Assembly: GCA_026414325.1 (NCBI GenBank) | Contig: JAOAJF010000001.1 | Span: forward strand, 36,090-100,089 | Direction of reading: 5' to 3' | Source: Candidatus Micrarchaeota archaeon | Lineage (GTDB): Archaea > Micrarchaeota > Micrarchaeia > Anstonellales > Anstonellaceae | Length of the DNA stretch: 64,000 nt | Shown here: positions 47,825 through 57,337 of the stretch, one piece after another | Layout of the letters: each line of letters begins with the position of its first letter | Position numbering within the stretch: position 1 is the stretch's first letter | The notes under the pieces: model-generated | Seen by the model: the letters and a program-made list of their open reading frames with translations, nothing else | What the model was told of the DNA's origin: nothing | Databases searched by the model: none | Position numbers and translations under genes: made by a program

Positions 47825-48598
47825 ATGGAGCTTTTTTTTCTTGGCACAAACGGCTGGTACTCTACAAAGACAGGGAATACTTCTTGTATTTTACTAAAAA
47901 CCCCAGATCGTTATATTGTACTCGATGCAGGGGATGGAATCTATAAACTCGATGAATTTATAACAAATAACAACCCAATAGATATTTTTTTGTCGCATTT
48001 TCATCTGGATCATATTTATGGTTTTCACATCCAGCCAAAGTTTCATCTTAAAAACAAAATCACAATTTATGGTCAGAAAAACACTAAAAAAATACTTAAA
48101 TTTTTTATAAACAAACCCTTCACCGCCCCAACAAAACTTTTAGAAAAAAAATTCGGCCTTTCTATTTCAATAAAAGAGTTGAAAGTAGGACAAAATTTTT
48201 TAGAAGGCTATAATGTAGTTGTTAGACCTTTAGTTCATGCAGATCCAACAATCGGCTTTAGATTTGTTTTAAATGAAAATAATAAAACAAAAATTGTCTC
48301 TTATTGTACTGATAGTGGGCCAACAAAAAACATAGTTTTTTTAGCAAAGAATGCAGATGTTCTAATAACAGAATGCTCTTTACTTGCAGAAGAAAAAATA
48401 AACCCTTTTTGGCCGCATTTAAATCCTCAAACAGCTGCCAAAATAGCTAAAGAAGCAAAAGTAAAAAAATTATTGCTTTCTCATTTTGCTGCTCATAAAT
48501 ACAAAACAAAGCTAGATAGACTAAAAGCACTAAAAACAGCAAAAAAAATTTTTCCAAACACTCTTGCAGCTTTTGATGGTCTACGTTTAAAATTCTAA
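47825..48598 (+). CDS. RNase Z-like metallo-beta-lactamase
   Basis: FLGT, DAGDG, SHFHLDH, YCTDS, ITEC, HL, LSHF. Confidence 0.82.
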   Translation: MELFFLGTNGWYSTKTGNTSCILLKTPDRYIVLDAGDGIYKLDEFITNNNPIDIFLSHFHLDHIYGFHIQPKFHLKNKITIYGQKNTKKILKFFINKPFTAPTKLLEKKFGLSISIKELKVGQNFLEGYNVVVRPLVHADPTIGFRFVLNENNKTKIVSYCTDSGPTKNIVFLAKNADVLITECSLLAEEKINPFWPHLNPQTAAKIAKEAKVKKLLLSHFAAHKYKTKLDRLKALKTAKKIFPNTLAAFDGLRLKF

Positions 48599-48707
48599 AT
48601 TATTTTTTATTTTTATATTTGCAAAACTCAATATCTATTGTGCTTTTAAATCTTAAGCTACTAATATATATTATGCTTTTTATTTTTGAAAAAACTGGTT
48701 TTAAGGT

Positions 48708-49310
48708 GTGTTGATGTTTTATTTATTAAAAGTAGAAGATAGAGTAAGATTTCCTGCAAAAGACTTTGCAATGGAACTAAAACCAGCACTTCTAAACATT
48801 GTTAGAGAAAAATATGAGCGAACAGTAGACAAAGACAACACAATAGTGCTTGCAGTATTTAATTTAGAGCCAATAAGCGATGGTTTGATTATTCCAGGTG
48901 ATGATGCAGCTTATTATGATGTGCGCTTTGATGCTCTAGTCTATAGGCCACAAATAAATGAGGTGGTGGAAGGAGCAGTATCTGAAGCAGTAGAATTTGG
49001 GGTATTTGTAGGTATGGGACCAATTGAAGGATTAGTTCATCTTTCACAAATAACAAATGATTTTTTAACTTATAATAAAAAGGCAGGCGCATTTGTAGCT
49101 AAAGAATCAAAAAAATCATTAAGAAAAGGAGATATTGTTTATGCTAAGATAACTACGATCTCTATGAAAGGGCCATTATCTGAAGCAAAAATTGGACTTA
49201 CTATGAGGCCTTTAGGTTTAGGTAAATTTGAATGGATAGAAAAAGAATTAGAAAAGAAAGCAGAAAAAGAAGGGGAAAAGAAAGGAGAAAAAGAAAAAAA
49301 GAAAAAATAA
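48708..49310 (+). CDS. rpoE1: RNA polymerase subunit Rpo7 (E')
   Basis: IIPGD, EFGVFVGMGPIEGLVHLSQI (S1 domain), KIGLTMRPLGLGKFEW. Confidence 0.95.
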   Translation: MLMFYLLKVEDRVRFPAKDFAMELKPALLNIVREKYERTVDKDNTIVLAVFNLEPISDGLIIPGDDAAYYDVRFDALVYRPQINEVVEGAVSEAVEFGVFVGMGPIEGLVHLSQITNDFLTYNKKAGAFVAKESKKSLRKGDIVYAKITTISMKGPLSEAKIGLTMRPLGLGKFEWIEKELEKKAEKEGEKKGEKEKKKK

Positions 49311-49322
49311 GTAGGGATAGTT

Positions 49323-49517
49323 ATGGTAAAAGTGGATAAAGAAACAAGAAGGATCTATGCAGATGATGATCCCTATCTTCAAAGCCCAGAAGCAAAAACA
49401 AAAGACTTTTCAGACAAATACTCTTCTTCAATCTATGTGATTGATGCAGAAAAATCTAAAATTGCAAAGTTTTTGGGATTTAATTCTCCAGGGCTTTATG
49501 CAATAAAAATTAAGTAG
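49323..49517 (+). CDS. spt4: Spt4 (RpoE'') transcription elongation factor, cysteine-free variant
   Basis: Canonical position after rpo7; C-term VIDAEKSKIAKFLGFNSPGLYAIKIK. Confidence 0.8.
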   Translation: MVKVDKETRRIYADDDPYLQSPEAKTKDFSDKYSSSIYVIDAEKSKIAKFLGFNSPGLYAIKIK

Positions 49518-49535
49518 TACTCTGTTGGTGATTTA

Positions 49536-49811
49536 ATGGGAAAGAAGCCAAGGGGACGAGAGAGGCTTGTCCAATGTGATGCATGTGGTAGAAGAATTCC
49601 CAAAGATAAATCAATAACAATTGATTCAGTAACAGTTTATGATACTGAATTTAAGGGTTTAACTGAAGAAGAAAAACAAAACGAAGTTAGAACAGTTATT
49701 CATGGCTCTAAAACCTATTGCATTTCTTGCGGAAAACACAGAAGAATATTTGAAAAGAAAAAAAAGCAAATGCAAAGAAAATCCAATACAAATCCATTTG
49801 AAAATCTATGA
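49536..49811 (+). CDS. rps26e: Ribosomal protein eS26
   Basis: RGRERLVQCDACGRRIPKDK ... YCISCGKHRRI. Confidence 0.85.
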   Translation: MGKKPRGRERLVQCDACGRRIPKDKSITIDSVTVYDTEFKGLTEEEKQNEVRTVIHGSKTYCISCGKHRRIFEKKKKQMQRKSNTNPFENL

Positions 49812-49853
49812 GTATGCTTTATTAATTTTTAGAATATAAATATTACTGATACT

Positions 49854-50183
49854 ATGTTGAAAAAAATAGAAGTTGGGGGTGATAATGCCTTGGGGGAGCA
49901 AACAATAATTTTTGAAGGAAAAAAATTTGTTGGCCTTTCTTTTGATTTAGGAAACCTACCCCTTCTAATTCTAAAATGTAAAAGAGGTTATATTGCCTGT
50001 TCCTATTTGGACAAAAAATCAGCAGAAAACTTAGGCGACGTTGCAGCATTTGTTTCAGGAGTAAAAAGTTTTGATGAGCTTTTTAGAGCAAAAATAAAAA
50101 CAATGACTGCGTGGGCAGAAGAGTTAGGCATACGAGAAGGAATGTCAGTAAAAAAAGCAATCGAGTTACTTGATAAAGACTAA
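49854..50183 (+). CDS. YunC/DUF1805 family protein
   Basis: PLLIL..GYIACSYLD..AAFVSGVKSFDEL..LGIREGM. Confidence 0.8.
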   Translation: MLKKIEVGGDNALGEQTIIFEGKKFVGLSFDLGNLPLLILKCKRGYIACSYLDKKSAENLGDVAAFVSGVKSFDELFRAKIKTMTAWAEELGIREGMSVKKAIELLDKD

Positions 50184-50187
50184 TTTT

Positions 50188-50730
50188 TTATTTTTCTTTT
50201 TCAATTAATCTTACTAAATTTACTTTTAGCAGTTTTAAAAATAGTTTTTTAGACTCTTTTAATTTTAGAGAATTTTTTGTGTTTTCAATCCAACTTTTTG
50301 TTTTGTACCCCAAGTCATTATAATTTTTTGCTGTAAGAGCACACTCTATTTTATCCGCATCTTTTACTATCTGTTTTATTTTTTTGTTTTTTAAATATTC
50401 TAAATAATAGTCCTTAATCTCTTCAGGAAACTCAGAAATTATTTTTTTATTTATTTTATTTTTATTTGGCTTTAGATATTTTTTTGCTATTTTATGTAAA
50501 TCACCAATGTATATCTCTTCTAAATCATGAAAGAGTGATCCAACAATTAGCAGCAATATTTCATGCTCATTTAATTTCAACTTTTTAGCTAAAATAAGTG
50601 CTATTGGAACTGTTCTATATAAGTGCTCTGCTACTGATTCCTTTGGAGCTGCAATTACATCCCAACCGCTTCTAGAAATATTTTTTAGAATTTGTAATTT
50701 ATTTAAAAAATTTATAGTTTTATTTCTCAT
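50188..50730 (-). CDS. HD-domain hydrolase (YfbR/HDDC2-like)
   Basis: RSGW, ESVAEH, HDLEE..GD, DADKIE. Confidence 0.88.
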   Translation of the reverse strand: MRNKTINFLNKLQILKNISRSGWDVIAAPKESVAEHLYRTVPIALILAKKLKLNEHEILLLIVGSLFHDLEEIYIGDLHKIAKKYLKPNKNKINKKIISEFPEEIKDYYLEYLKNKKIKQIVKDADKIECALTAKNYNDLGYKTKSWIENTKNSLKLKESKKLFLKLLKVNLVRLIEKEK

Positions 50731-50754
50731 TCAATCAACTTTGCTAGTTTTGGC

Positions 50755-52002
50755 CTATAAGTCGCTGTCATATATTACCTTAGTTTCAGATTCTGATTTT
50801 TGCTGACTTTCCAATAAGATTTGTAGCATTTGTTGAGGTTCATACCCTGGCTTGATAAATCGGCTGTGACCCCTTAAACCTTTAGAAGATTCTACTGTTG
50901 TTATCAATCCAAGCATTTCTAACTCATTAAGATATTCTCTATACCATCTTGCAGAACGAGGTATTCTTTTAAATTTTCTACAAATTTTACAATATTCTTC
51001 ATACACCTCTCCACTCAAAAGCCTATTTTCTTCTAAATTCTCTTCCTGGCCAAGCCTTTGATAATGTCCAATATTGTTATATAAATTACATATTGCAATT
51101 AGTACAAGTTGCTGATGCTTTGGTAATGTTTTAATTATCTCGCCAACCAAAGTATTATCAACATTTTTTCTAGCTTCTTCTACTTCTCTGTCAGTTATTA
51201 AAAAAGACTTTTTTTCATCTGCTATCTCGCCAGCTTTAAGTAAAAGCTTTAGAGCATAGCGAGCATCTCCTGTTTCTTGTGCTGCTATTGCTGCAGCTAA
51301 ATTTATTGCTGAGTCATGTACTGTTCCTTCAACAAAACCTAGCTTTACTCGCTGGGCTAATATTTCTCTAAGCTGAATACTATTATATGGGCTAAAAACT
51401 ATCTCGCTTTCGCAGAGAGAAGATTTGCTTCTTGGGTCTAAAACCTCTTTAAAAGAAATTTTATTTGTTATACCAATCATTGAAATGGAGCCAGAGCTTA
51501 TTTCATCATTCATTCTTGTTAAAGTATAGACTAATTCATCTAAGTCTTTTACCATATCAATTTCGTCGAGAACTACAATAATTCTTTTTTGGTTTCCATT
51601 CTCGTATGGTACTTGTATATATTCTAATAATTTTTCATAAAAATGCGAAATTCCAAAACCAACTTTGTCTAATTCTGAAATAAAGGTTTTTCCAATTTTT
51701 TGCATTACTCTATATCTGGAATTATACATTCTACAATTTACATATACATCTTGCGGAAAAATTGTTTTTTTTCTAAATTCGGCCATAACTCTTTTTACAG
51801 TACAGGTTTTACCAGTGCCTGTTTTACCATATATAAATAAATTTTTTGGTCTTTGGTCTTCTAAAGCTGGAGCAACAGCTAGCATTATTTTTTCAATTTC
51901 TTTTTCTCTATAGGGAAGTACATCTGGAACAAAATGAGGTGAAAGAACATTTCTATCTAAAAAAACAGAAGGGAGAGTAAGTATAGTATCAAAATTTTGC
52001 AT
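50755..52002 (-). CDS. cdc6: Orc1/Cdc6 replication initiator, copy 2
   Basis: LSPHFVP..YREKEI, GKTGTGKT, VLDEID, GDARYA, winged-helix YLNELEMLGLI..SKGLRG. Confidence 0.93.
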   Translation of the reverse strand: MQNFDTILTLPSVFLDRNVLSPHFVPDVLPYREKEIEKIMLAVAPALEDQRPKNLFIYGKTGTGKTCTVKRVMAEFRKKTIFPQDVYVNCRMYNSRYRVMQKIGKTFISELDKVGFGISHFYEKLLEYIQVPYENGNQKRIIVVLDEIDMVKDLDELVYTLTRMNDEISSGSISMIGITNKISFKEVLDPRSKSSLCESEIVFSPYNSIQLREILAQRVKLGFVEGTVHDSAINLAAAIAAQETGDARYALKLLLKAGEIADEKKSFLITDREVEEARKNVDNTLVGEIIKTLPKHQQLVLIAICNLYNNIGHYQRLGQEENLEENRLLSGEVYEEYCKICRKFKRIPRSARWYREYLNELEMLGLITTVESSKGLRGHSRFIKPGYEPQQMLQILLESQQKSESETKVIYDSDL

Positions 52003-52101
52003 ATTATTATTTATTTCTTAACTATTTAAAAAAAGTTAAGTTATACAAAACCTTATTAATTCTTTCTTTCTTATTTTTATATCAAAAAATTTGTTTTTGA
52101 G

Positions 52102-52485
52102 GTGTCTTGGATGGGCTTGTTAGATGAAATAACTAAAACCTTGGGGCTTTCAAAAAGCACTGAAGTAGAAAAGATTGAGGAATTTATGGACAGCGCAGAG
52201 ATGGAAAATGTAGATGTGCTCCATGAGGCAGCCGATTTTTATGTAAAGCCCTTTAGTTTAGAATCTGAGCAGGATATTAATGTAGTTTTAGATGAGTTAA
52301 AACAAAAAAACATTCTTATTTTAAACATAGCTAATCTAAAAAGAAACGAGGCAAAACAGAAAATGATCATTGATAATCTAAAAAATCACATTACAAAGAT
52401 AAATGGAGACATTGCAAGACTAGATGAAAACAGAATTCTAGTAACTCCTTCAAAAGTAAAAATTGTAAAAACCAAGAAGAAATAA
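52102..52485 (+). CDS. sepF: Cell division protein SepF
   Basis: N-terminal amphipathic MGLLDEI; NILILNI..INGDIARLDENRILVTPSKVKI. Confidence 0.88.
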   Translation: MSWMGLLDEITKTLGLSKSTEVEKIEEFMDSAEMENVDVLHEAADFYVKPFSLESEQDINVVLDELKQKNILILNIANLKRNEAKQKMIIDNLKNHITKINGDIARLDENRILVTPSKVKIVKTKKK

Positions 52486-52520
52486 TCACAACAAAGAAAA
52501 TTTAAAAATTACGCAAGAGT

Positions 52521-53105
52521 TTAAAAAAACATCTTCATTACCTTAGCAATATCTCTTTTTTCAACCAATATATACGTGCTATCCCATACTGAGAATATCT
52601 CCACTATACTTATAGAATGTTGGTAAAAATTAGCTAACATATAAAATAGAACTCCTGGGATTTTTTCAATATTCTGAGGGTGCTTAAACTCTACCAGCCC
52701 TAAATTATCCTGATAATACAATGTTTTATTTTTGTATTTTTCTAATTCTTTTCTTTCACCAATAGCTACTTGCTTATCTGAAAAAGAGATTAAATTTTTT
52801 GCTTTTATGTTTTGTTTTATATCTGCTACTAGTACTGCATAATCACTATAAATATTTATTGTGCTGCCTTTTATCAAACTTTTTATCTCCTCTTTTTTAA
52901 CTTTCTTTTCTTGTTTTTCTATTACTCTATACAAATTTATCATTACTGCCTCGTCCGATTTTTTTATTCCTAGCTCGTTTTTAATTTTTTTTGCAACTGC
53001 TGAAATATTTAAAATCCCTTCATAAGAGTAATATAACAAGAGGGGATTGTCATATAGATATTGCTCTACCTGCTCTTTAGTAGATGGGCTCTTTTCTTTT
53101 TTCAT
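52521..53105 (-). CDS. ACT-domain-containing protein, paralog of 40248-40925
   Basis: LNISAVAKKI..EAVMINLYR; IEKIPGVL..SISIVEIFSVWDST. Confidence 0.75.
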   Translation of the reverse strand: MKKEKSPSTKEQVEQYLYDNPLLLYYSYEGILNISAVAKKIKNELGIKKSDEAVMINLYRVIEKQEKKVKKEEIKSLIKGSTINIYSDYAVLVADIKQNIKAKNLISFSDKQVAIGERKELEKYKNKTLYYQDNLGLVEFKHPQNIEKIPGVLFYMLANFYQHSISIVEIFSVWDSTYILVEKRDIAKVMKMFF

Positions 53106-53243
53106 ACTCTTTTTTCTTCTATCAAATTTATAAATTTATCTATTTTTACAAAATTTTTAATTTTTTTAACAATTTTTCCAAAAAGCTTTTTAAATAAAGT
53201 ACTATCTAAATCCAATACAAAACATATAAAAAAGGTGAGTTGA

Positions 53244-53438
53244 ATGCAACAGGCTAAGGGATTTTTTTATCAAAAATATTTAGAAGCAAAAGTGCTAAAC
53301 ACAAAGGCACTTATAAGACTTTATTATAACTTTAATAAAAAATCAGCTAAATCTGAATCTAATTTTTCTCAATCACAAAATAAAAAAGTCAAAGAATTTT
53401 CAGATAAATTTCTAAATTCAGGAGGCTTATTTTTATGA
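53244..53438 (+). CDS. Small hypothetical protein
   Basis: AGGTGA SD; ATGA overlap with the next gene. Confidence 0.45.
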   Translation: MQQAKGFFYQKYLEAKVLNTKALIRLYYNFNKKSAKSESNFSQSQNKKVKEFSDKFLNSGGLFL

Positions 53439-54277
53439 ATACAAAATTTAGTACTAATAATTTGAAAAAAAACAATATAGATGTAAATCTTTTAGGTTGG
53501 GAGTCAATTGCTACTAAATGGCATGCAGTAAAACATCCTCGAAGACCATCTTCTAATGATTTAAATAAACTTCAGCCTTTAGTTCAGAGGTTAGAAGGCC
53601 CAGTTGCAATATTCGGTGCAACTCCAGAATATCGCTTTTTACTAGACAAAATTTCAAAAGAATCAAAAAAAACTTATAATATCTATCTTATAGAAAAATC
53701 TATTCTATCCTACAAGGCAATGAATTCTATTTTAAAAAAAGAGTTTAATTTGATCCCAAAAAAAGAAACTTTAATAGAAGTTGATTGGGAAGAATTTTCT
53801 TATCCTAAAAATACTTTTTCCTTTTTATTAGGAGACACTATCTTAGGCTATCTTCAGACAAAAGACAGGTTAGAAAAATTTCTTAACAATTGCCACTATT
53901 GCCTTACCTCTGGTGGCTCTTTCTTTTTAAGAGAATTTCTTTTTAACCAAAGTCATACTCTAAACTTTTCTGCTAAAGAAGTGCGCCACCTACCAATAGA
54001 CAAAGACAAAAAAAGATGGGCTTATATTTTTGTTAAAGGTTTTGCTATTGAAAATAGCACTTTTTATGAAGAAAAACTATCATTTAACTTACTTGAAAAA
54101 GTTCATGATGTTAAAGTCTTTAAAACCTGTGCAAACCCTCCTCGTTTAAGGCTTGTTTTAGATCTAATAAATTTAGAAAAAATTTCCAAATCTTGTGGTT
54201 TTAATTTAATTATTCACCAGCAGCAGGAAAATTCTCTTTATCCTAAACCAGCTATTTTAGAACTAAAAAAATATTAA
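53435..54277 (+). CDS. Class I SAM-dependent methyltransferase-like protein
   Basis: VAIFGATPE (motif I-like), LIEKS, VDW, FSFLLGD, LTSGGSFFLRE. Confidence 0.6.
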   Translation: MNTKFSTNNLKKNNIDVNLLGWESIATKWHAVKHPRRPSSNDLNKLQPLVQRLEGPVAIFGATPEYRFLLDKISKESKKTYNIYLIEKSILSYKAMNSILKKEFNLIPKKETLIEVDWEEFSYPKNTFSFLLGDTILGYLQTKDRLEKFLNNCHYCLTSGGSFFLREFLFNQSHTLNFSAKEVRHLPIDKDKKRWAYIFVKGFAIENSTFYEEKLSFNLLEKVHDVKVFKTCANPPRLRLVLDLINLEKISKSCGFNLIIHQQQENSLYPKPAILELKKY

Positions 54278-54954
54278 TTTTTTAAAATATATATTAGACC
54301 TTTTGCCTCAATATTAGTCATAAATCTTTTTTCAAAAAAAGCTCTAAGAGCATAGCTAAGTTTCTGTCGATTTTTTAAATTTTTTATTTTTTCTAATTTT
54401 TTTTCAACCAATTTTTCAATATATTCTCTTTCTTTCTTAGTTGCTAGTTGTTCTGCTCCTGACTTAAATTTTATGTTACTTAATTCATAAAGCACAATAG
54501 CTAAGGCGTTAGTTATATTTAAAACAGGATATCTTTTAGAAGTTGGTATATGAACTAAGACATCACACAACTTGATTTCCTCTCTATTTAGTCCAGTGCT
54601 CTCTCTACCAAATAATATTGCTATTGGCTTTTTGGTTTTTCTTTCTTCTAAAATTTTTTTAAATTGTTTTAGCTCAATAGGCCCAAAACTAATATCAGTA
54701 TATTTATTTATAACCCCGCTTGTGCCAACAACTAAGTCACAACCCTTTAGAGCATCTTCAAGCTTTGAATAGATTTTTGCATTCTTAATTATTCTTTTTG
54801 CATGTTTTGCATACATTATAGCACTAAAGCCTAACGAGCATTTAGGATTTATCAAATACATACTTCTTATGTTAAAGTTATCCATTACTCTTGCACTAAG
54901 CCCAAGATTTATCTCCTGCTCTGGCTCTACAAAAATTATTCTAAATTTCTCCAT
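54274..54954 (-). CDS. trmJ: TrmJ-family SPOUT tRNA 2'-O-methyltransferase
   Basis: VEPEQEINLGLSARVMDNF, VVGTS, FGRESTGL, YPVLNI. Confidence 0.88.
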   Translation of the reverse strand: MEKFRIIFVEPEQEINLGLSARVMDNFNIRSMYLINPKCSLGFSAIMYAKHAKRIIKNAKIYSKLEDALKGCDLVVGTSGVINKYTDISFGPIELKQFKKILEERKTKKPIAILFGRESTGLNREEIKLCDVLVHIPTSKRYPVLNITNALAIVLYELSNIKFKSGAEQLATKKEREYIEKLVEKKLEKIKNLKNRQKLSYALRAFFEKRFMTNIEAKGLIYILKN

Positions 54955-54959
54955 ATTTT

Positions 54960-55574
54960 TTATTTTGTTGTATAGATTTTATATAAGATTATTCTCTCAA
55001 AAAAGAAGCTCTGTCTATCTATCTCTTTATAAGAATAACCATTTTTATAAATAAAAGTTTTTAATTTTTCCAAATCTGCTAAATCTGAGACTATTAGATA
55101 AATAACACCTTGTTTTTTCAAAAAATTTTTTGCTTGGATTAAAAATCTTCTTATTATTTTCAAGCCATTTTTTCCACCATCAAAAGAGGAGTTAAGCTCA
55201 TCTTTTATTTTTTCTTCTTTAGTTGTTGGAAGATAAGGAGGATTAAAAATTATATAATCAAATTTTTGGTTTTTTATATTTTCAAAAAGGTCTGAATAAA
55301 TGAATTTTATTTTGTTTTCTACTTTGTTTATTCTAGCATTTTTTTGTGCATTCTCAATAGCTTTTTTATTAATATCAGTCGCATAAATTTTTTCAATGCC
55401 TTTTTTTGCCAAATATATCGAAATTATTCCACTTCCAGTACCTATCTCCAAAATCTTTCCTTTTATATTTTTTAAATTTTTTAGAAGAAGAAAGCTATCT
55501 TCAGCAGGAAAATATACTTTTTTATGAGGCTTTAGTAAAATTATTCTATCGCCTACAAAAATTTTTTGAATCAT
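54960..55574 (-). CDS. HemK2/Mtq2-type protein glutamine methyltransferase
   Basis: VYFPAEDSFLL, EIGTGSG, FNPPY, DGGKNG. Confidence 0.9.
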   Translation of the reverse strand: MIQKIFVGDRIILLKPHKKVYFPAEDSFLLLKNLKNIKGKILEIGTGSGIISIYLAKKGIEKIYATDINKKAIENAQKNARINKVENKIKFIYSDLFENIKNQKFDYIIFNPPYLPTTKEEKIKDELNSSFDGGKNGLKIIRRFLIQAKNFLKKQGVIYLIVSDLADLEKLKTFIYKNGYSYKEIDRQSFFFERIILYKIYTTK

Positions 55575-56173
55575 AAAAATTCTTTAAAAATTTTTTTTGC
55601 TTTTTTGTATCCTGCACCAATTCTAACAAATTTTTTATTTACTAGGTCTATTATAGTTGAACCTTTTTTATGTCTGCACTCTCCAGCATCGATTATCAAA
55701 TCAACTTTTTGCTTTATTTCTTCTTCAATATCCTCAACTTTATAATTAGATTTTTGGCCAGAAATATTTGCACTTGTACTAATTATTGGTCTGTTAAATG
55801 CTTTTGCTAATAAAGTGCAAAACCTGTTTTTTGGTACTCTAAGACCTATAACATTTTTCTTGACTATAGCAATCCTTCTTTTTGCTTTTGCCAAAATAGT
55901 AAACGGGCCAGGAAAAATTAATCTTATTTTATTTTTGTATTTCTCTACCTTTGCATATTTGTCTAATTCTTCTAGCTTTACAACAGCTGAAAACGTATCT
56001 ACTTTTCTTTTCTTTACTTTAAGAATTTTTTTTATAACTTTTTTATTTGTCCCATCTCCACCTATTCCATAAAGTGTATCTGTTGGATATATCAAAAGCC
56101 CGCCTTTTTTTAAAACAGCAGCTGCTTGTTTTACTGCTTCTTTATATGGTGGGATTTTTATAATTTTTACCAT
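55571..56173 (-). CDS. sua5: Threonylcarbamoyl-AMP synthase (Sua5/TsaC)
   Basis: YPTDTLYGIG, PGPFT, GLRVP, STSANISG, STIID; true start MVKIIK lies just downstream of the SRP RNA. Confidence 0.92.
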   Translation of the reverse strand: MVKIIKIPPYKEAVKQAAAVLKKGGLLIYPTDTLYGIGGDGTNKKVIKKILKVKKRKVDTFSAVVKLEELDKYAKVEKYKNKIRLIFPGPFTILAKAKRRIAIVKKNVIGLRVPKNRFCTLLAKAFNRPIISTSANISGQKSNYKVEDIEEEIKQKVDLIIDAGECRHKKGSTIIDLVNKKFVRIGAGYKKAKKIFKEFL

Positions 56174-56195
56174 ATTCTTCACTAAAAATAAAAAA

Positions 56196-56474
56196 GCGCA
56201 CAAGAACGACCTTTGTGGCCAGAGCCAACTTATTCTGCATCTCTTAAAACCAAATTCAACCCTGTTTCCAGACAGCATGGCAATATTAGATTATGGCTGC
56301 TCCTTCCGGCCTGACCAGGTTCTCTAATATTACCATCCATCTGGGCATGGGTTTCATAATTTGATTTTAAGCGCATATAATAAATTGGCTAAGGCGCCAT
56401 CGGTCTGTCGGCCGCGCCATAAGAGGATTTGCGCTTAGCAGCAGACCCCTACCCTGCCAGCCTATCTTGTGCGC
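56196..56474 (-). ncRNA. ffs: Archaeal signal recognition particle (7S) RNA
   Basis: Minus strand contains helix 8 GGTCAGGCCGGAAGGAGCAGCC; terminal helix GCGCACAAGA/TCTTGTGCGC; about 280 nt; T-run after the 3' end. Confidence 0.93.
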
Positions 56475-56583
56475 ATCAATTATTTTGTACTTTGAAGTAT
56501 TTAAGGTTTTTTTTGTTGTTAGCTTCAACATTTGTTCTATTTAAAAAAGTAAGCTTTTAAAATCTCAATATATTAAATAGTAG

Positions 56584-57315
56584 TTGTTGTTTATTATGGA
56601 AAAACAAAATTTAAATTTTAAATCATTTTTCTTAAATCCATCTAAGGTTATCAAAGAAATAAAAGTTTATGATTTTAGCTATAAGGATTTTTTCTTAACT
56701 ATTCTTTTTTATGCTTTTTTTATGGCTTTAACAAGCACTTTAGACTATACTGTATCTTTTATTTATAACCCAATTATTGTTCAGCACAAATCTATTGGTT
56801 TTTATAAAATAATTTCCTCTACTCTTATTTCTACTCTGTTTTCATTTCTTTTCTTACTCTTGTTATATTTTTTATCTGGGATAATACTATTTTTTGCTTC
56901 AAAAAAATTAAACAAAGTTGTAAAATTTCAAAACTTACTTTGTTTATTGTCCCTGCCTTTAGCAATGGCATTTAAAGTGTTCTTAGTTTTTTTTATTCTT
57001 TCAGCATTGTTGAAGTTTTTACTTCTTTCTCCATATTTGCCTCCTTATGTTAACTTTCAACACAATTTTGACAGGCCAACTCTTTTGCTTTTAGTTGAAG
57101 TAGATGCATTAATCGTTAAAATAGGCTCGATACTTTCTATATTAATTTATTTATTTTATCCCTTTTTTATAATCAAAGAACTTTTTGAAGTTTCTTTTAG
57201 CAAAGCATTTGGGCTTTATCTATTGTTTTTAATATCTTATCCACTAGCTAAATTTTTATTAAACGTGTTATATCTATTTCTTTTTAACTTTCTAAATTTA
57301 GAAAAAATCTTTTAA
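56584..57315 (+). CDS. Yip1-family membrane protein, copy 1
   Basis: FFLNPSKVIKEI N-motif; about 5 TM; IIKELFEVSFSKA. Confidence 0.7.
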   Translation: MLFIMEKQNLNFKSFFLNPSKVIKEIKVYDFSYKDFFLTILFYAFFMALTSTLDYTVSFIYNPIIVQHKSIGFYKIISSTLISTLFSFLFLLLLYFLSGIILFFASKKLNKVVKFQNLLCLLSLPLAMAFKVFLVFFILSALLKFLLLSPYLPPYVNFQHNFDRPTLLLLVEVDALIVKIGSILSILIYLFYPFFIIKELFEVSFSKAFGLYLLFLISYPLAKFLLNVLYLFLFNFLNLEKIF

Positions 57316-57337
57316 ATCTTATTATTTTAATAGTTAT

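Noticed and set aside
52003..52101. Replication origin next to cdc6
   Set aside because: Only about 100 bp, with no ORB-like (TCCA-GTGGA/G-string) repeats visible
56174..56278. 35-aa N-terminal extension of Sua5 in the ORF track
   Set aside because: Overlaps the SRP RNA 3' end; the real start is the ATG at 56173
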